Source: Parachlamydiales bacterium (lineage in GTDB: Bacteria > Chlamydiota > Chlamydiia > Chlamydiales > SM23-39). From it: a DNA stretch of 64,000 nt. Below are positions 30,099-39,865 of the stretch, one piece after another. Location of the stretch: contig JBNLAH010000001.1 of assembly GCA_050302075.1 (NCBI GenBank), positions 100,157 to 164,156 on the forward strand, written 5' to 3'. The notes under the pieces are model-generated. The model did not search any database, was not told where the DNA came from, and saw only the letters and a program-made list of their open reading frames with translations. The number at the start of each line of letters is the position of its first letter. The first letter of the stretch is position 1. A program made the translations under genes and the position numbers.

Positions 30099-31751
30099 AT
30101 GAACTCAACACTTCCAATTGCTAGAAACTCAATGGATCCTATTTTCAGAAATAGTGTTATATGTGGCTTTAGAAATGAAATAAGTTCTTATCTTGAAGTC
30201 ACAGATCTAAATAATGCAAAAAGAGTATCTAAGGTTTTCTACCAAGCTACAAAACTTAAAGATTACAATAGATATGAAGCTCAAGCTTTAAAGAGAGAAT
30301 TTCTCAGTTCTGTCGGATATAATCCAAAATGCTTTAGATGTTTTTTAGAGTTCATTAATGATGGGAATGTTGTAATTCAAGATTCTAGCAAAAAAGTGTC
30401 AAGAAACTTAGGAAGATTGGTATTGCCTTCTGGAAAGGAAGTAGAAAGTATTGACTTTCTAGAGAACCCTTTATTTTGCAATGCAAAGGAAAAAGAAAGT
30501 GTATTTATTGAGTTATTAATGTTAGTAAACCATCCTTGTTTTTTGAGTGAGTATAAAATCTTCTTATCTAATAAGAATAATATGGATTGGTTTGTCAGAT
30601 ATCAAAAAAAACCAATACAGTTGGCTCACTTATCTGTTTTAGCTTTTTTAGACGGTGAAATTGATCAAGACGAGCTGTTTATAGTACATACAGTTGCATC
30701 GGCTTATAGTGAACTAAATTCAGAATCTTCTGGTGAAAAAGTTAAGGTGATTAAAGTTGAGCCTCGGGTTGTCTTACCGCACGATCTCTTTCGAGTCCTT
30801 ACTGAATTTGATGTTCCTCCATTTGAGAAAGAAAACTTAATAGTAAACCGCAAAAGCAATGAAGAAATATTTGGTAAAATGCAAGAGTTTACTGACGAGT
30901 ATGCTAAAAGGTCTACGATAAAAAAAACATTTCTAACTTATACGCTGTCGGACTTTGTATCTGGCTCTAAAAAGGAATCAGTTGAAATGAACATTTATTT
31001 TAGGATCGAAGTTACATCATTTTTTAAAGAGTCTGGCGGTGATAGGGGGCAGGTTCTTCTTCCTCCTTGGGAGCTTGTTTGGAAATTGTTCTGTATTACA
31101 AGTAAGTTTGAAGATAGGTTGAAAAAGCCCAAACCTTCATTTGGACATGTGAATAGCTATAAGGTTTTACTTAAAAGAAGACCAGTAACCATACCGTCTT
31201 CGAAATTTTTAACAGTAAGGCCTCACGAGTTTGAATATGGACCCTCTGGCCTTGGGATGTTTTTGCATGACTTTTTTCATTTGCTTTTAGAAGCTAATAA
31301 TCCGCATGTTGGTTTGTTAATAGAAATTGGAAAAAATCTAATAGGTGAAAACTACTTAGAACTTTTCCCAAATTCCGATCAAAAAGCTTTTAGGAGATTT
31401 GCAATAGATGTTCTAGATCGCGAAGCTGTTCCCTATGTAAGAAATCGTCCTTATGGAGACTCTTTTTGGGAATTTTTAAAGACGAGGATTTCTCTTAAAT
31501 TGGTAAAAAAAATATCAGATGAAGATCTAATTAAATATATTGAAACAGTATTATTTCCCACTATCGAAAGATCTTTAAAAAGGTATGAAAGAAAGGAAAA
31601 AATAAATGATCTAATACCAGTTATGAAATATGCTCCAAATGAGCTTTTAAAACAAAGTCGAGAGAAACTTTTGAAAGTTAATTTAGATAACGTCGATTTA
31701 TCTAAGATATTAAAAATTGCTTCAAAACTATTTCAGAATAATGCAGATTGA
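30099..31751 (+). CDS. Hypothetical protein with an N-terminal F-box-like motif; candidate effector
   Basis: 550-aa ORF; EISSYLEVTDLNNAKRVSKVFY resembles the F-box pattern I.syL...dl.....VcK.w. Confidence 0.65.
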   Translation: MNSTLPIARNSMDPIFRNSVICGFRNEISSYLEVTDLNNAKRVSKVFYQATKLKDYNRYEAQALKREFLSSVGYNPKCFRCFLEFINDGNVVIQDSSKKVSRNLGRLVLPSGKEVESIDFLENPLFCNAKEKESVFIELLMLVNHPCFLSEYKIFLSNKNNMDWFVRYQKKPIQLAHLSVLAFLDGEIDQDELFIVHTVASAYSELNSESSGEKVKVIKVEPRVVLPHDLFRVLTEFDVPPFEKENLIVNRKSNEEIFGKMQEFTDEYAKRSTIKKTFLTYTLSDFVSGSKKESVEMNIYFRIEVTSFFKESGGDRGQVLLPPWELVWKLFCITSKFEDRLKKPKPSFGHVNSYKVLLKRRPVTIPSSKFLTVRPHEFEYGPSGLGMFLHDFFHLLLEANNPHVGLLIEIGKNLIGENYLELFPNSDQKAFRRFAIDVLDREAVPYVRNRPYGDSFWEFLKTRISLKLVKKISDEDLIKYIETVLFPTIERSLKRYERKEKINDLIPVMKYAPNELLKQSREKLLKVNLDNVDLSKILKIASKLFQNNAD

Positions 31752-31991
31752 AGTTGTTATAGATGAACATGTTTTGGTTACATGAAATTTGATATGTTTA
31801 TCATGATCTTAAAACTGCCAATCTTAAAATTTTTTGTTGTTATTGCTAACAAAATATCAAATTAACTGTGACAAAATGACAGAACAATAGCAATTAAGAG
31901 ACTAAATGATGTATCATATCCTCCGCTAAAAAGTTGTTTTGCTTTTTAGATTAGATAAAATTTGTTACATTGAAAAAAAAGGCAGATTGAA

Positions 31992-34100
31992 ATGGACTCT
32001 CCTAATCAAGGTAAACCATCTATTAGAGAAAGACTTAGGCAAAATAATTTAGGTTATCGTCTACTAGTTGGCTCATTTGTATTCATATGCTTAGGTCTTT
32101 TTTTGCATTTTAGAGAAGTTAGGATTGAGCCGTTAGAGCTTAACACAAATGCTAATAAATACCTGGTAGCTCAAGTCGATTTTGAATTCCCCGATGAAGA
32201 AGCTACTGTGATTCTTAAGCAGGAAGCTTTGAAAGGCATTGGTAATATTTACCGGATAGATGATAAGCAGATAAGGCAAACAAGACTTGAGTTCGAAAAC
32301 TATTTAGTCAGAGAAAGGGGATGGCAGACATCTTTGCCAAATACTCCTATTGAGAACCTCTATCGCGCAGCTGATTTACTTGAAGATTTAATGATAGAAT
32401 CTAGATTTACAGATGCTAAGACAATTGAAAAGATGAAAGATAGAGGACTATCAGTTAAATATTTCTTCATTTATACGCCACCCAAGCTTGACACCCCAAT
32501 TCCTCTTCCAAGACAATACTGGGTTGAGATGAAAAAAATGTTTTCAAAGGACGCATTTTCATCCAGTGAGTTGAGTTACTTGACGGATTTCTTCTCTTCA
32601 AGAAATTGGGATTTATCAGAGGATGCCTCGGCTACGAGAAAACTAAGAGATAAAATAACCTCGGAAGTCCCTACTAAATATACTCGTATTAAGGCTGGGA
32701 CTAGGATTATAGGGCAGGGTGAGACAGTAAACGCCAGGCATTTACTAATGATGCAATCTATGAAAAAAGCTCTCAATGAGAGTCGTCAACTATTAAACCC
32801 TTTAACTATTTTATCAAGTTTTTTACTTTCTTTCATTTTTGTTTGCCTAAGTGGTCTTTACTTTAGGTGGAATCAACCAGAAATTATTTATTCCCTTCAA
32901 AAATTATCTCTCGTAGCTTGCATTGTGGTTTTAACACTGATTTTTGCTAAAGTAACTGAATATGTTATATTGAGAAACCCAACAGATTTAGTAGACACAA
33001 GATATCCGCTGATAGTTCCTTTTGCTACGATGTTAATTTGTAATTTGATGAATGCCAGGATAGCTCTATACTTAGCTTGTTTTTTATCAATTATTTTATC
33101 AGTTACATTAGCAGTCGACCATGATAGGTTTTTAATTATTAATCTTGTTACATCACTTACAGTAATTATAACAACAGGATCATTAAGAAAAAGAAAGGAA
33201 GTATTTGGGGTATTTGCTAAAACATATTTAAGTGCTATTCCTGTTTTATTTGCTTTCAATTTTGCGGAAAATTCCTTATGGAATACAGCTTTGGCCAGCG
33301 ATTTTTTAAGCGCCTTCCTTTTCCTATTAATCTCAGCAATTTTAGTAGTAGGATTATTACCTGTTTTAGAGTCATTGTTTCATATTATGACAGATATGAC
33401 GCTAATGGAATTTATGGATCCTAATAATGAGCTTCTCCAAAGATTAGCGATAGAAGTGCCTGGAACTTATCAACACTGCCTTGTGTTAGGCAATTTGAGT
33501 GAGGCAGCAGCTCAAGCTATTGGTGCTAATGGGCTTTTTTGCAGGGTAGGATGCCTATATCATGATATTGGGAAACTAAATAATCCTCATTTTTTTACAG
33601 AAAATCAAGCTGGAGGGGTAAATATTCACCAGCTTTTAACTCCCCAAGAATCCGCTCAAGTTATTATATCTCATGTGAAAGATGGAGAAATGCTGGCTAA
33701 GAAATATCGTCTACCACAGCCTTTTATAGATGTGATCTTACAACACCATGGAACTACACTTGTTTATTATTTTTATGCAAAAGAAGTTGAGCTCCATGGC
33801 GGTAAAGAAGAAGAGGTAGATATTACCAAATTTCAATATCCTGGTCCGAAGCCACAGACAAAAGAAGCCGCTATAATCATGATTTGCGATACTATCGAAG
33901 CGGCATCTCGCTCTTTAGATGATAGTTCCGAAAAAACTTTGACTGAGATGGTAGATAGGTTGGTTAAAGAAAGATCTGAGGCAGGTCAGTTTGATGAGTG
34001 TAACCTGACTTTTCAAGAACTTGGAATTGTCAAAAAGACATTAATTAAAACCCTAATGGTAACTCACCACGTAAGGATAAAATATCCAAAAAGAGCGTAG
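31992..34100 (+). CDS. 7TM-HD (HDIG) phosphohydrolase, PgpH-like
   Basis: Extracytoplasmic domain, TM bundle, then PGTYQH, YHDIGK, F.ENQ, HHGT, YPGPKP and D..EAASR. Confidence 0.9.
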   Translation: MDSPNQGKPSIRERLRQNNLGYRLLVGSFVFICLGLFLHFREVRIEPLELNTNANKYLVAQVDFEFPDEEATVILKQEALKGIGNIYRIDDKQIRQTRLEFENYLVRERGWQTSLPNTPIENLYRAADLLEDLMIESRFTDAKTIEKMKDRGLSVKYFFIYTPPKLDTPIPLPRQYWVEMKKMFSKDAFSSSELSYLTDFFSSRNWDLSEDASATRKLRDKITSEVPTKYTRIKAGTRIIGQGETVNARHLLMMQSMKKALNESRQLLNPLTILSSFLLSFIFVCLSGLYFRWNQPEIIYSLQKLSLVACIVVLTLIFAKVTEYVILRNPTDLVDTRYPLIVPFATMLICNLMNARIALYLACFLSIILSVTLAVDHDRFLIINLVTSLTVIITTGSLRKRKEVFGVFAKTYLSAIPVLFAFNFAENSLWNTALASDFLSAFLFLLISAILVVGLLPVLESLFHIMTDMTLMEFMDPNNELLQRLAIEVPGTYQHCLVLGNLSEAAAQAIGANGLFCRVGCLYHDIGKLNNPHFFTENQAGGVNIHQLLTPQESAQVIISHVKDGEMLAKKYRLPQPFIDVILQHHGTTLVYYFYAKEVELHGGKEEEVDITKFQYPGPKPQTKEAAIIMICDTIEAASRSLDDSSEKTLTEMVDRLVKERSEAGQFDECNLTFQELGIVKKTLIKTLMVTHHVRIKYPKRA

Positions 34101-34127
34101 CTTATAAAGCATTTAAATTTTGCTTAA

Positions 34128-34937
34128 CTAATTTCTAACAAAAGGTCTTTTGTCAATCCGCGCTAATACAGATTTCCTTAAGATTTTTTGGATTAACTTG
34201 TTAGGAAGCCATTTAGATACGAAAATTAAATATCTTGTTCTCCAGTCAAAAGTATGAAATGGGATATCATGTTTTAGCTGATATATCAGCTCTTTAGCCG
34301 CTTCTTGAGGGTTCATCGCAAATTTTGACTGTTCTTTAGGGGTGGTCCTACCAGCATTTTTCCCAAAGTTTGTGTCAACCTGTCCCGGGCAAGCAACAAA
34401 TACTCTAATTTTATCATCTTTTAACTCGGCATCTAGAGATTGGGAAAAACTATTAACATATGCTTTAGATGCTGCATAAAGCGAAAATGATGGGAACGTA
34501 AAGAAACTAGCGGCTGATGAAATATTTAATATTGTGCCATTTTTGTTTTTTGACTTAAGAGACCTTACAGCTTCTAAGGTTATTTCTGTTAAGGCATATG
34601 CATTAATATCTAATATTTTAAGCTGCGAACTAGTTTTATAGGTTAGAGCATCTCCATAAAGACCAATGCCAGCTGAATTAATTACAAGGTCAGGGGTTTT
34701 TTCATGGATTAGGTTTTTTAGCTTTTCTAAATCATTGGGATTTAATAAATCTGCACTAATGAAAGAGACGTTTGTTTTTGGCCTTAAATAAGAAGCTAGC
34801 TGACTTAACTGAGACTGGTCTCTACCCGATAAGATCAAAGAAATTTTTTCACTAGCAAGAGCTATAGATAAAGCTTTCCCAATGCCGGAAGTAGCTCCAG
34901 TCACAAGCGCTAATTTATATTTTTTATGCAATTTCAT
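34128..34937 (-). CDS. Short-chain dehydrogenase/reductase
   Basis: TGATSGIG, NSAG and YAASK motifs. Confidence 0.92.
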   Translation of the reverse strand: MKLHKKYKLALVTGATSGIGKALSIALASEKISLILSGRDQSQLSQLASYLRPKTNVSFISADLLNPNDLEKLKNLIHEKTPDLVINSAGIGLYGDALTYKTSSQLKILDINAYALTEITLEAVRSLKSKNKNGTILNISSAASFFTFPSFSLYAASKAYVNSFSQSLDAELKDDKIRVFVACPGQVDTNFGKNAGRTTPKEQSKFAMNPQEAAKELIYQLKHDIPFHTFDWRTRYLIFVSKWLPNKLIQKILRKSVLARIDKRPFVRN

Positions 34938-36675
34938 TTGTAAACAGTGTTAGGTAATTGTTTAATCTTGCATCCGTTTTTTTTATGTCCTCTAAGATGT
35001 TGTTAACATTTTTTTCTATAACGCTTGCATAAATTTTGATTTTAGGTTCGGTGCCCGAAGGGCGTATTATTATTTTTGTTTTATCAGAAAGAGTAAATCC
35101 AAGCACATTTGACTTTGGTAGATTGATATCTTTTCTCATGTCGGTTATTAGATCTAAACTTTTTTGGGTAAGATAATCATCAACTTGTCTGATTTCACTT
35201 TCTGCAATTATTTTAGGTGGATTTTCTCTTAAAGCTTGCATAGTAGTTTGCATTTTTTGATGACCTTGGGCGTCTTCTTTAAAGTGAATTGATTTTTGCC
35301 CTTCGCGATAGATACCGAATTTATGGTAGATTTCAAAAAGTAGATCCAAAAGAGTCTTGTTTTTTAACTTTTGCTTTAACGCTACCTCCGCTAACAAGCA
35401 AGCTGCTAAAATGCCATCTTTGTCCCTACAATATGTGCCTTTTAAATACCCATAAGACTCTTCAGCCCCAAATACAAAGGTATGAGACTTTGTTTTTTCA
35501 AATTCATTTATTTTTTCAGCTATATATTTAAAACCGGTAAGGACTTCAACACATGTCATGTTATACGACTCAACGATCTCCTTGAATAAATCTGAGGTAA
35601 CAATAGACTTTACAAAAGCCATATTTTTCCCCAGCAGATTTTGTTCGAATAACTTTTCGCAGATGTAATAAACCAAGATAGAGGCTATTTGGTTTCCAGT
35701 TAAAATAGTAGCTTGATTGCCATAGTTTATAACGGCAGCCATCCTGTCGGCATCAGGATCGTTTGCTATAAGTATATCTTTATTGGTTGAAATCAACTGG
35801 TCCATCCCAAGTTGAAGTGCCTCCACTTCCTCAGGGTTTGGTTTTTTTGCAAAAGGAAAGTTTCCATCAGTCGACTCTTGTTTTTTCACAGTCTCAAAAT
35901 TAGAAAGACCTAGAATTTCAAAAGCTTTAGGAGCTAAGGTAATGCCTGTGCCGTGTAAATTTGTGTATACAAACTCAAGGTTTTTCCCATTCTTTGCCAA
36001 AAATTCTTTGTCAGGGATATTTTCAATCATTTTAGTAAAATATAACTTATCAAAATCCTCATCGATAAATTCAATATTTGGATTTTTCAAAGAGCCTGTT
36101 TTTACTTCAGAAAAGGATGTGACCTTTTTGTATTCTTCAATAATGCCTGTATCATGGGGAGGGAGTACTTGTCCTCCATCAGACCAATAAACTTTGTAGC
36201 CGTTATACTCGGGTGGGTTGTGGGATGCTGTAATCATGACTGCAGCTGTACATTTAAGTTCTCTACAGGCAAAAGATACAAATGGAGTGGGCCTTAAGTT
36301 TTTTGTGAAATGAACCTTGATGCCATTTGCCGATAAAACTTTGGCTGTCTCTTCGGCAAAAAACCTAGAGTGAGTTCTGCTATCAAATGAAATTACAACA
36401 GAGGGGTTTTTAATATTTTGTTGATTGATATAGTTAGCAAGACCTTGCGTCGCCATTTGGATGGTATATTTGTTTAGCCTATTTGTACCAACACCGACAA
36501 GCGAACGCATGCCACCAGTTCCAAATTCAAGCTTCTTGCAAAAAGCATCTTTTAATTTTATCGGGTCACTTTTTAAAAGATCATTAATTTCAGCCTTTGT
36601 ATCGTTATCTATACCCGAATTGAGCCAATAATTAATGGCGCTTAAAATATCAGGACCTAAAGAAGAATCAATCAT
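34924..36675 (-). CDS. Phosphoglucomutase/phosphomannomutase
   Basis: FGTGGMR, TASHNP, DPDADR, EESYG and RPSGTEPKIK motifs. Confidence 0.95.
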   Translation of the reverse strand: MIDSSLGPDILSAINYWLNSGIDNDTKAEINDLLKSDPIKLKDAFCKKLEFGTGGMRSLVGVGTNRLNKYTIQMATQGLANYINQQNIKNPSVVISFDSRTHSRFFAEETAKVLSANGIKVHFTKNLRPTPFVSFACRELKCTAAVMITASHNPPEYNGYKVYWSDGGQVLPPHDTGIIEEYKKVTSFSEVKTGSLKNPNIEFIDEDFDKLYFTKMIENIPDKEFLAKNGKNLEFVYTNLHGTGITLAPKAFEILGLSNFETVKKQESTDGNFPFAKKPNPEEVEALQLGMDQLISTNKDILIANDPDADRMAAVINYGNQATILTGNQIASILVYYICEKLFEQNLLGKNMAFVKSIVTSDLFKEIVESYNMTCVEVLTGFKYIAEKINEFEKTKSHTFVFGAEESYGYLKGTYCRDKDGILAACLLAEVALKQKLKNKTLLDLLFEIYHKFGIYREGQKSIHFKEDAQGHQKMQTTMQALRENPPKIIAESEIRQVDDYLTQKSLDLITDMRKDINLPKSNVLGFTLSDKTKIIIRPSGTEPKIKIYASVIEKNVNNILEDIKKTDARLNNYLTLFTNEIA

Positions 36676-36685
36676 CTTATTTACT

Positions 36686-37117
36686 TCATTTTTTTAAGTT
36701 TTCTTCTATTTCTTGAACTTGATAATGCTTTCCTTCTGGGTGGTCAATTCCTTCGCAATATTCTTTAAACTCTTCCCAAGACTTCCTATCTTTCATGATC
36801 ATAGGCCACCAAGGAAAAGTTTTACATTGCTTTGGCCTCACCGGGTATATCTCACATTTGTTGTTTTTTAAAAATATGCAATCACCCCATTTATTTGCAT
36901 CAATCAATGATAATCTTCCATAAGCTAGTCTAGTGTACTTTGCAAGAAATTCTTTTTTAGAAATTTTTAAATACTTTGAAATATTGTCAACTTCCTCTTC
37001 ACTAAGCCATACATAACCATTTTTTCCAGTGCAGCATTTTCCACACTCAGTACACTTGAATTTTAATCCTTGTTTATACCATTTTTGCTCATCTTTAATT
37101 ACTTTCAATTTACTCAT
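36686..37117 (-). CDS. YkgJ family CxxCxxCC cysteine-cluster protein
   Basis: CTECGKCC, CIFL...CEIY..RP.QC..FP. Confidence 0.9.
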   Translation of the reverse strand: MSKLKVIKDEQKWYKQGLKFKCTECGKCCTGKNGYVWLSEEEVDNISKYLKISKKEFLAKYTRLAYGRLSLIDANKWGDCIFLKNNKCEIYPVRPKQCKTFPWWPMIMKDRKSWEEFKEYCEGIDHPEGKHYQVQEIEENLKK

Positions 37118-37210
37118 CTTTCACGCTAATAATAATTTTAAAAAAAATCTTCTTTTTGAATGTTTTTTAGTTTTATGTTAAAAAAGCAGTCTAATTTTAG
37201 GAAAATAGTA

Positions 37211-38590
37211 ATGAAAAAAAATCGAGAACACTGGGCTTCGAGCTTTGGTTTTGTAATGGCTGCTGCCGGTTCAGCAATTGGCCTTGGCACTTTGTGGCAA
37301 TTCCCTTATATGACCTCTCAAAATGGAGGCGGTCTATTTGTATTACTATTTTTATTCTTTACAGTAATTATAGGAGTTCCTGTTTTTATTGCAGAACTAA
37401 TTTTAGGTAGAAGGGCTCAGCGAGGAGCCGTTGGTATTTTTGACTCCTTAACAAAAGATTCTAGTTGGAAGATTTCTGGATGGTTTGGAGTGCTTTCTGC
37501 TTTTTTAATTCTATCGTATTATTGTGTAGTTGCTGGATGGGGACTGAACTATGTATTTCTTTCTTTAAATAAATTTTATTTAAATAAGACCTCTAGTGAG
37601 ATTTCTGAAGTTTTCAACACTATGTTCATTTCAGCTGATGTAAATTTACTTTGGCAAATAATATTTCTTCTAATTACCGCTGGGGTTGTTTACAAAGGAA
37701 TTCGCCAAGGTATTGAAAAGTGGAGTCGTGTATTAACTTCAGCATTATTGATTTTACTTATATCATTACTTTTTTACTCAATCACACTAAAAGGGTTTCC
37801 AGAAGCTGTGAAATTTATTTTTTATCCAGATTTCAGCAAACTTAAGCCATCTGGAATTTTAGAAGCATTAGGACTTGCTTTTTTTACTCTGAGCTTAGGG
37901 CAAGGAGTAATGTTAACTTATGGCAGTTATATGTCTAAAAATGAAGATATTCCCAAAACAGCTTGTATAGTAGCCAGCATGAATATAGTAATATCTATTT
38001 TTGCAGCGCTAATGATTTTTCCAATTATTTTTACCTTTGGATTTCAACCACAAGCTGGATTTGGCTTGGTCTTTGAAACTTTACCCGTTTTATTTGCGAA
38101 ATTGCCGGGATCTTTGGTTTTGTCTACATTATTTTTTATTCTGTTAGTTTTTACAGCCTTGACCTCTTCAGTGGCTCTTTTAGAAGTAGTTGTAGCTAAT
38201 TTAGAAGATTTATTGTCATGGAGCAGAAAGAAAGCGGTTATTTACTCTAGTGTAGCTATATTTATTGTTGGAATCCCGATAGCTCTAACTGGATCTAATA
38301 CTCTGTTTCCGAACTGGGAAATTCTTTATGGAAAGTCCTTCTTTCAAACAATCGTTGATGTAGTGTCTCAGTGGATTTTACCTATAGCCGGACTTCTTGT
38401 TGCAGTTTTTTCTGGCTGGAAAATGAAAAAAAGCGATCTTAAAGAAGAGTTTTCATCTAAAGCCCTTTGGAGTAAATTATTTACTCTTTGGTTTTTCTTT
38501 ATAAAATGGGTAGCTCCAGCTGCAATAATAGCTATTATTCTGCAAAGAGGGGGATTGATTGATCTTGATCTGCTTTTTCATTCAAAATAA
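37211..38590 (+). CDS. Sodium-dependent transporter, NSS/SNF family
   Basis: REHW, AAAGSAIGLG..W.FP, NGGG and FFTLSLG motifs; start placed at MKKNRE. Confidence 0.93.
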   Translation: MKKNREHWASSFGFVMAAAGSAIGLGTLWQFPYMTSQNGGGLFVLLFLFFTVIIGVPVFIAELILGRRAQRGAVGIFDSLTKDSSWKISGWFGVLSAFLILSYYCVVAGWGLNYVFLSLNKFYLNKTSSEISEVFNTMFISADVNLLWQIIFLLITAGVVYKGIRQGIEKWSRVLTSALLILLISLLFYSITLKGFPEAVKFIFYPDFSKLKPSGILEALGLAFFTLSLGQGVMLTYGSYMSKNEDIPKTACIVASMNIVISIFAALMIFPIIFTFGFQPQAGFGLVFETLPVLFAKLPGSLVLSTLFFILLVFTALTSSVALLEVVVANLEDLLSWSRKKAVIYSSVAIFIVGIPIALTGSNTLFPNWEILYGKSFFQTIVDVVSQWILPIAGLLVAVFSGWKMKKSDLKEEFSSKALWSKLFTLWFFFIKWVAPAAIIAIILQRGGLIDLDLLFHSK

Positions 38591-39473
38591 AAAGCTTTGA
38601 TTGAACTTCTTCCCAAGCATCTTGCCATTTAAAGACCTTTATTTTGAGGTCATCTTCTGATAGATCCATCAAATGCCAGTGTGCATTTTGAATGTTTCCG
38701 CAGCATCCAGCATCTAAGACTATCGGTAAGTTGGATCTTCTTAAATCAGCAATGCATTCTCTATGAGTATGACCATGTAGATAAAAGCGGATCTGAGGGA
38801 ACTTTTTTAATAAAGCCTTTAAAGAGGGCCCTCTTACCAGTCGGTTATGAGGAGAGTCATGCTGGAAAAATGGAAAGTGGTTTACTAGCATTAAAGAAAC
38901 ATCTTTTGGTATATCATTTAAGACTGTTTCAAGTCGCTTTTCTAATTCCTTAGAAAAGACCCCTTGCGCTGATAAAAGTGGAGTTGGGATTACAGTGTCT
39001 AGGGCGATTAACCATAGTTTGTCCATAACTTTGTGGATTTCAAGACGGTGGTCTTTTAGTGTATAATCGCCTATTTTTGAGTCCTTGCTATTTGAGAAAT
39101 ATTGATAAAATAGTTTTTTTCTATAGGCGTCTTTTGTGTAGTGATCATGATTTCCAGGTAAAATAATGCACTCAATCTCTCTTTTTTTTAGCTCAGATAC
39201 AAATTCAGAGGCCAGCTTGAACTCGAAATTCATTGAAGTAGAAGATAAATCTCCACTGATAATGACTAAATCGACCTTTTTCTCTTCTAAGATCTTAATT
39301 AGGTTGGCTAGGTGTTCTTTTCTATCCATTTTTCTACGGAATAAGATTAGATTAAGATTTCCGACCCACCGCTTAGTTAAAAACTGAGTAGGGGAGAAGG
39401 TAATTTTAGAAAAATGTAGATCAGAAATGTGGGCAATTCTAACAAAATTAGAATGGTTTTTAAGTAATGTCAT
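38535..39473 (-). CDS. Calcineurin-like metallophosphoesterase (Icc/CpdA-like)
   Basis: SDLH, SGD, PGNHD, NHFP and HGHTH motifs. Confidence 0.88.
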   Translation of the reverse strand: MTLLKNHSNFVRIAHISDLHFSKITFSPTQFLTKRWVGNLNLILFRRKMDRKEHLANLIKILEEKKVDLVIISGDLSSTSMNFEFKLASEFVSELKKREIECIILPGNHDHYTKDAYRKKLFYQYFSNSKDSKIGDYTLKDHRLEIHKVMDKLWLIALDTVIPTPLLSAQGVFSKELEKRLETVLNDIPKDVSLMLVNHFPFFQHDSPHNRLVRGPSLKALLKKFPQIRFYLHGHTHRECIADLRRSNLPIVLDAGCCGNIQNAHWHLMDLSEDDLKIKVFKWQDAWEEVQSKLFILNEKADQDQSIPLFAE

Positions 39474-39538
39474 GATATTGCAATTATAATGAATTATTAT
39501 ATCTATTATAACCTAAAAAGTAATTAAAATAAAGATTT

Positions 39539-39823
39539 TTATTTAGAAGTCCTTGGGCGGTGAGAGCGTTCCCTGATAATTGGTACCCTTTTGGCCATAA
39601 GATCGTTGCGCTCTTCAGGTGTCTGAGGATGAGGGACATGCGATTTAGCTTTTTTTTTCTGGCTAAGTTTTTCCTTTTTTCGCGCTTGGCTCTTAGTTTC
39701 TTCAGATCTAGCTTTTTCTTTTAAAAGCTTTTGCTCGAGCTCTTCCTCTTCTTTAGACTCTCTTCTCTCGGAACGGACTACCTTTCTGTTCAATTGTTTG
39801 ACATGGTGTGGCAAATCTCTCAT
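39539..39823 (-). CDS. Small, highly charged hypothetical protein
   Basis: 94-aa K/R/E-rich ORF with SD AAGGA. Confidence 0.7.
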   Translation of the reverse strand: MRDLPHHVKQLNRKVVRSERRESKEEEELEQKLLKEKARSEETKSQARKKEKLSQKKKAKSHVPHPQTPEERNDLMAKRVPIIRERSHRPRTSK

Positions 39824-39865
39824 AACTATCCTTGATTTCTTCTAAATCAAATTATGTCACATAAA

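Noticed and set aside
31752..31991. Riboswitch or small gene upstream of the PgpH-like gene
   Set aside because: No recognisable c-di-AMP riboswitch motifs; the GGAGG on the minus strand precedes only a 7-codon ORF with poor spacing
38535..38590. 56-nt convergent overlap of the transporter and phosphoesterase genes
   Set aside because: Short tail overlaps are common in this compact window; no sign of regulation
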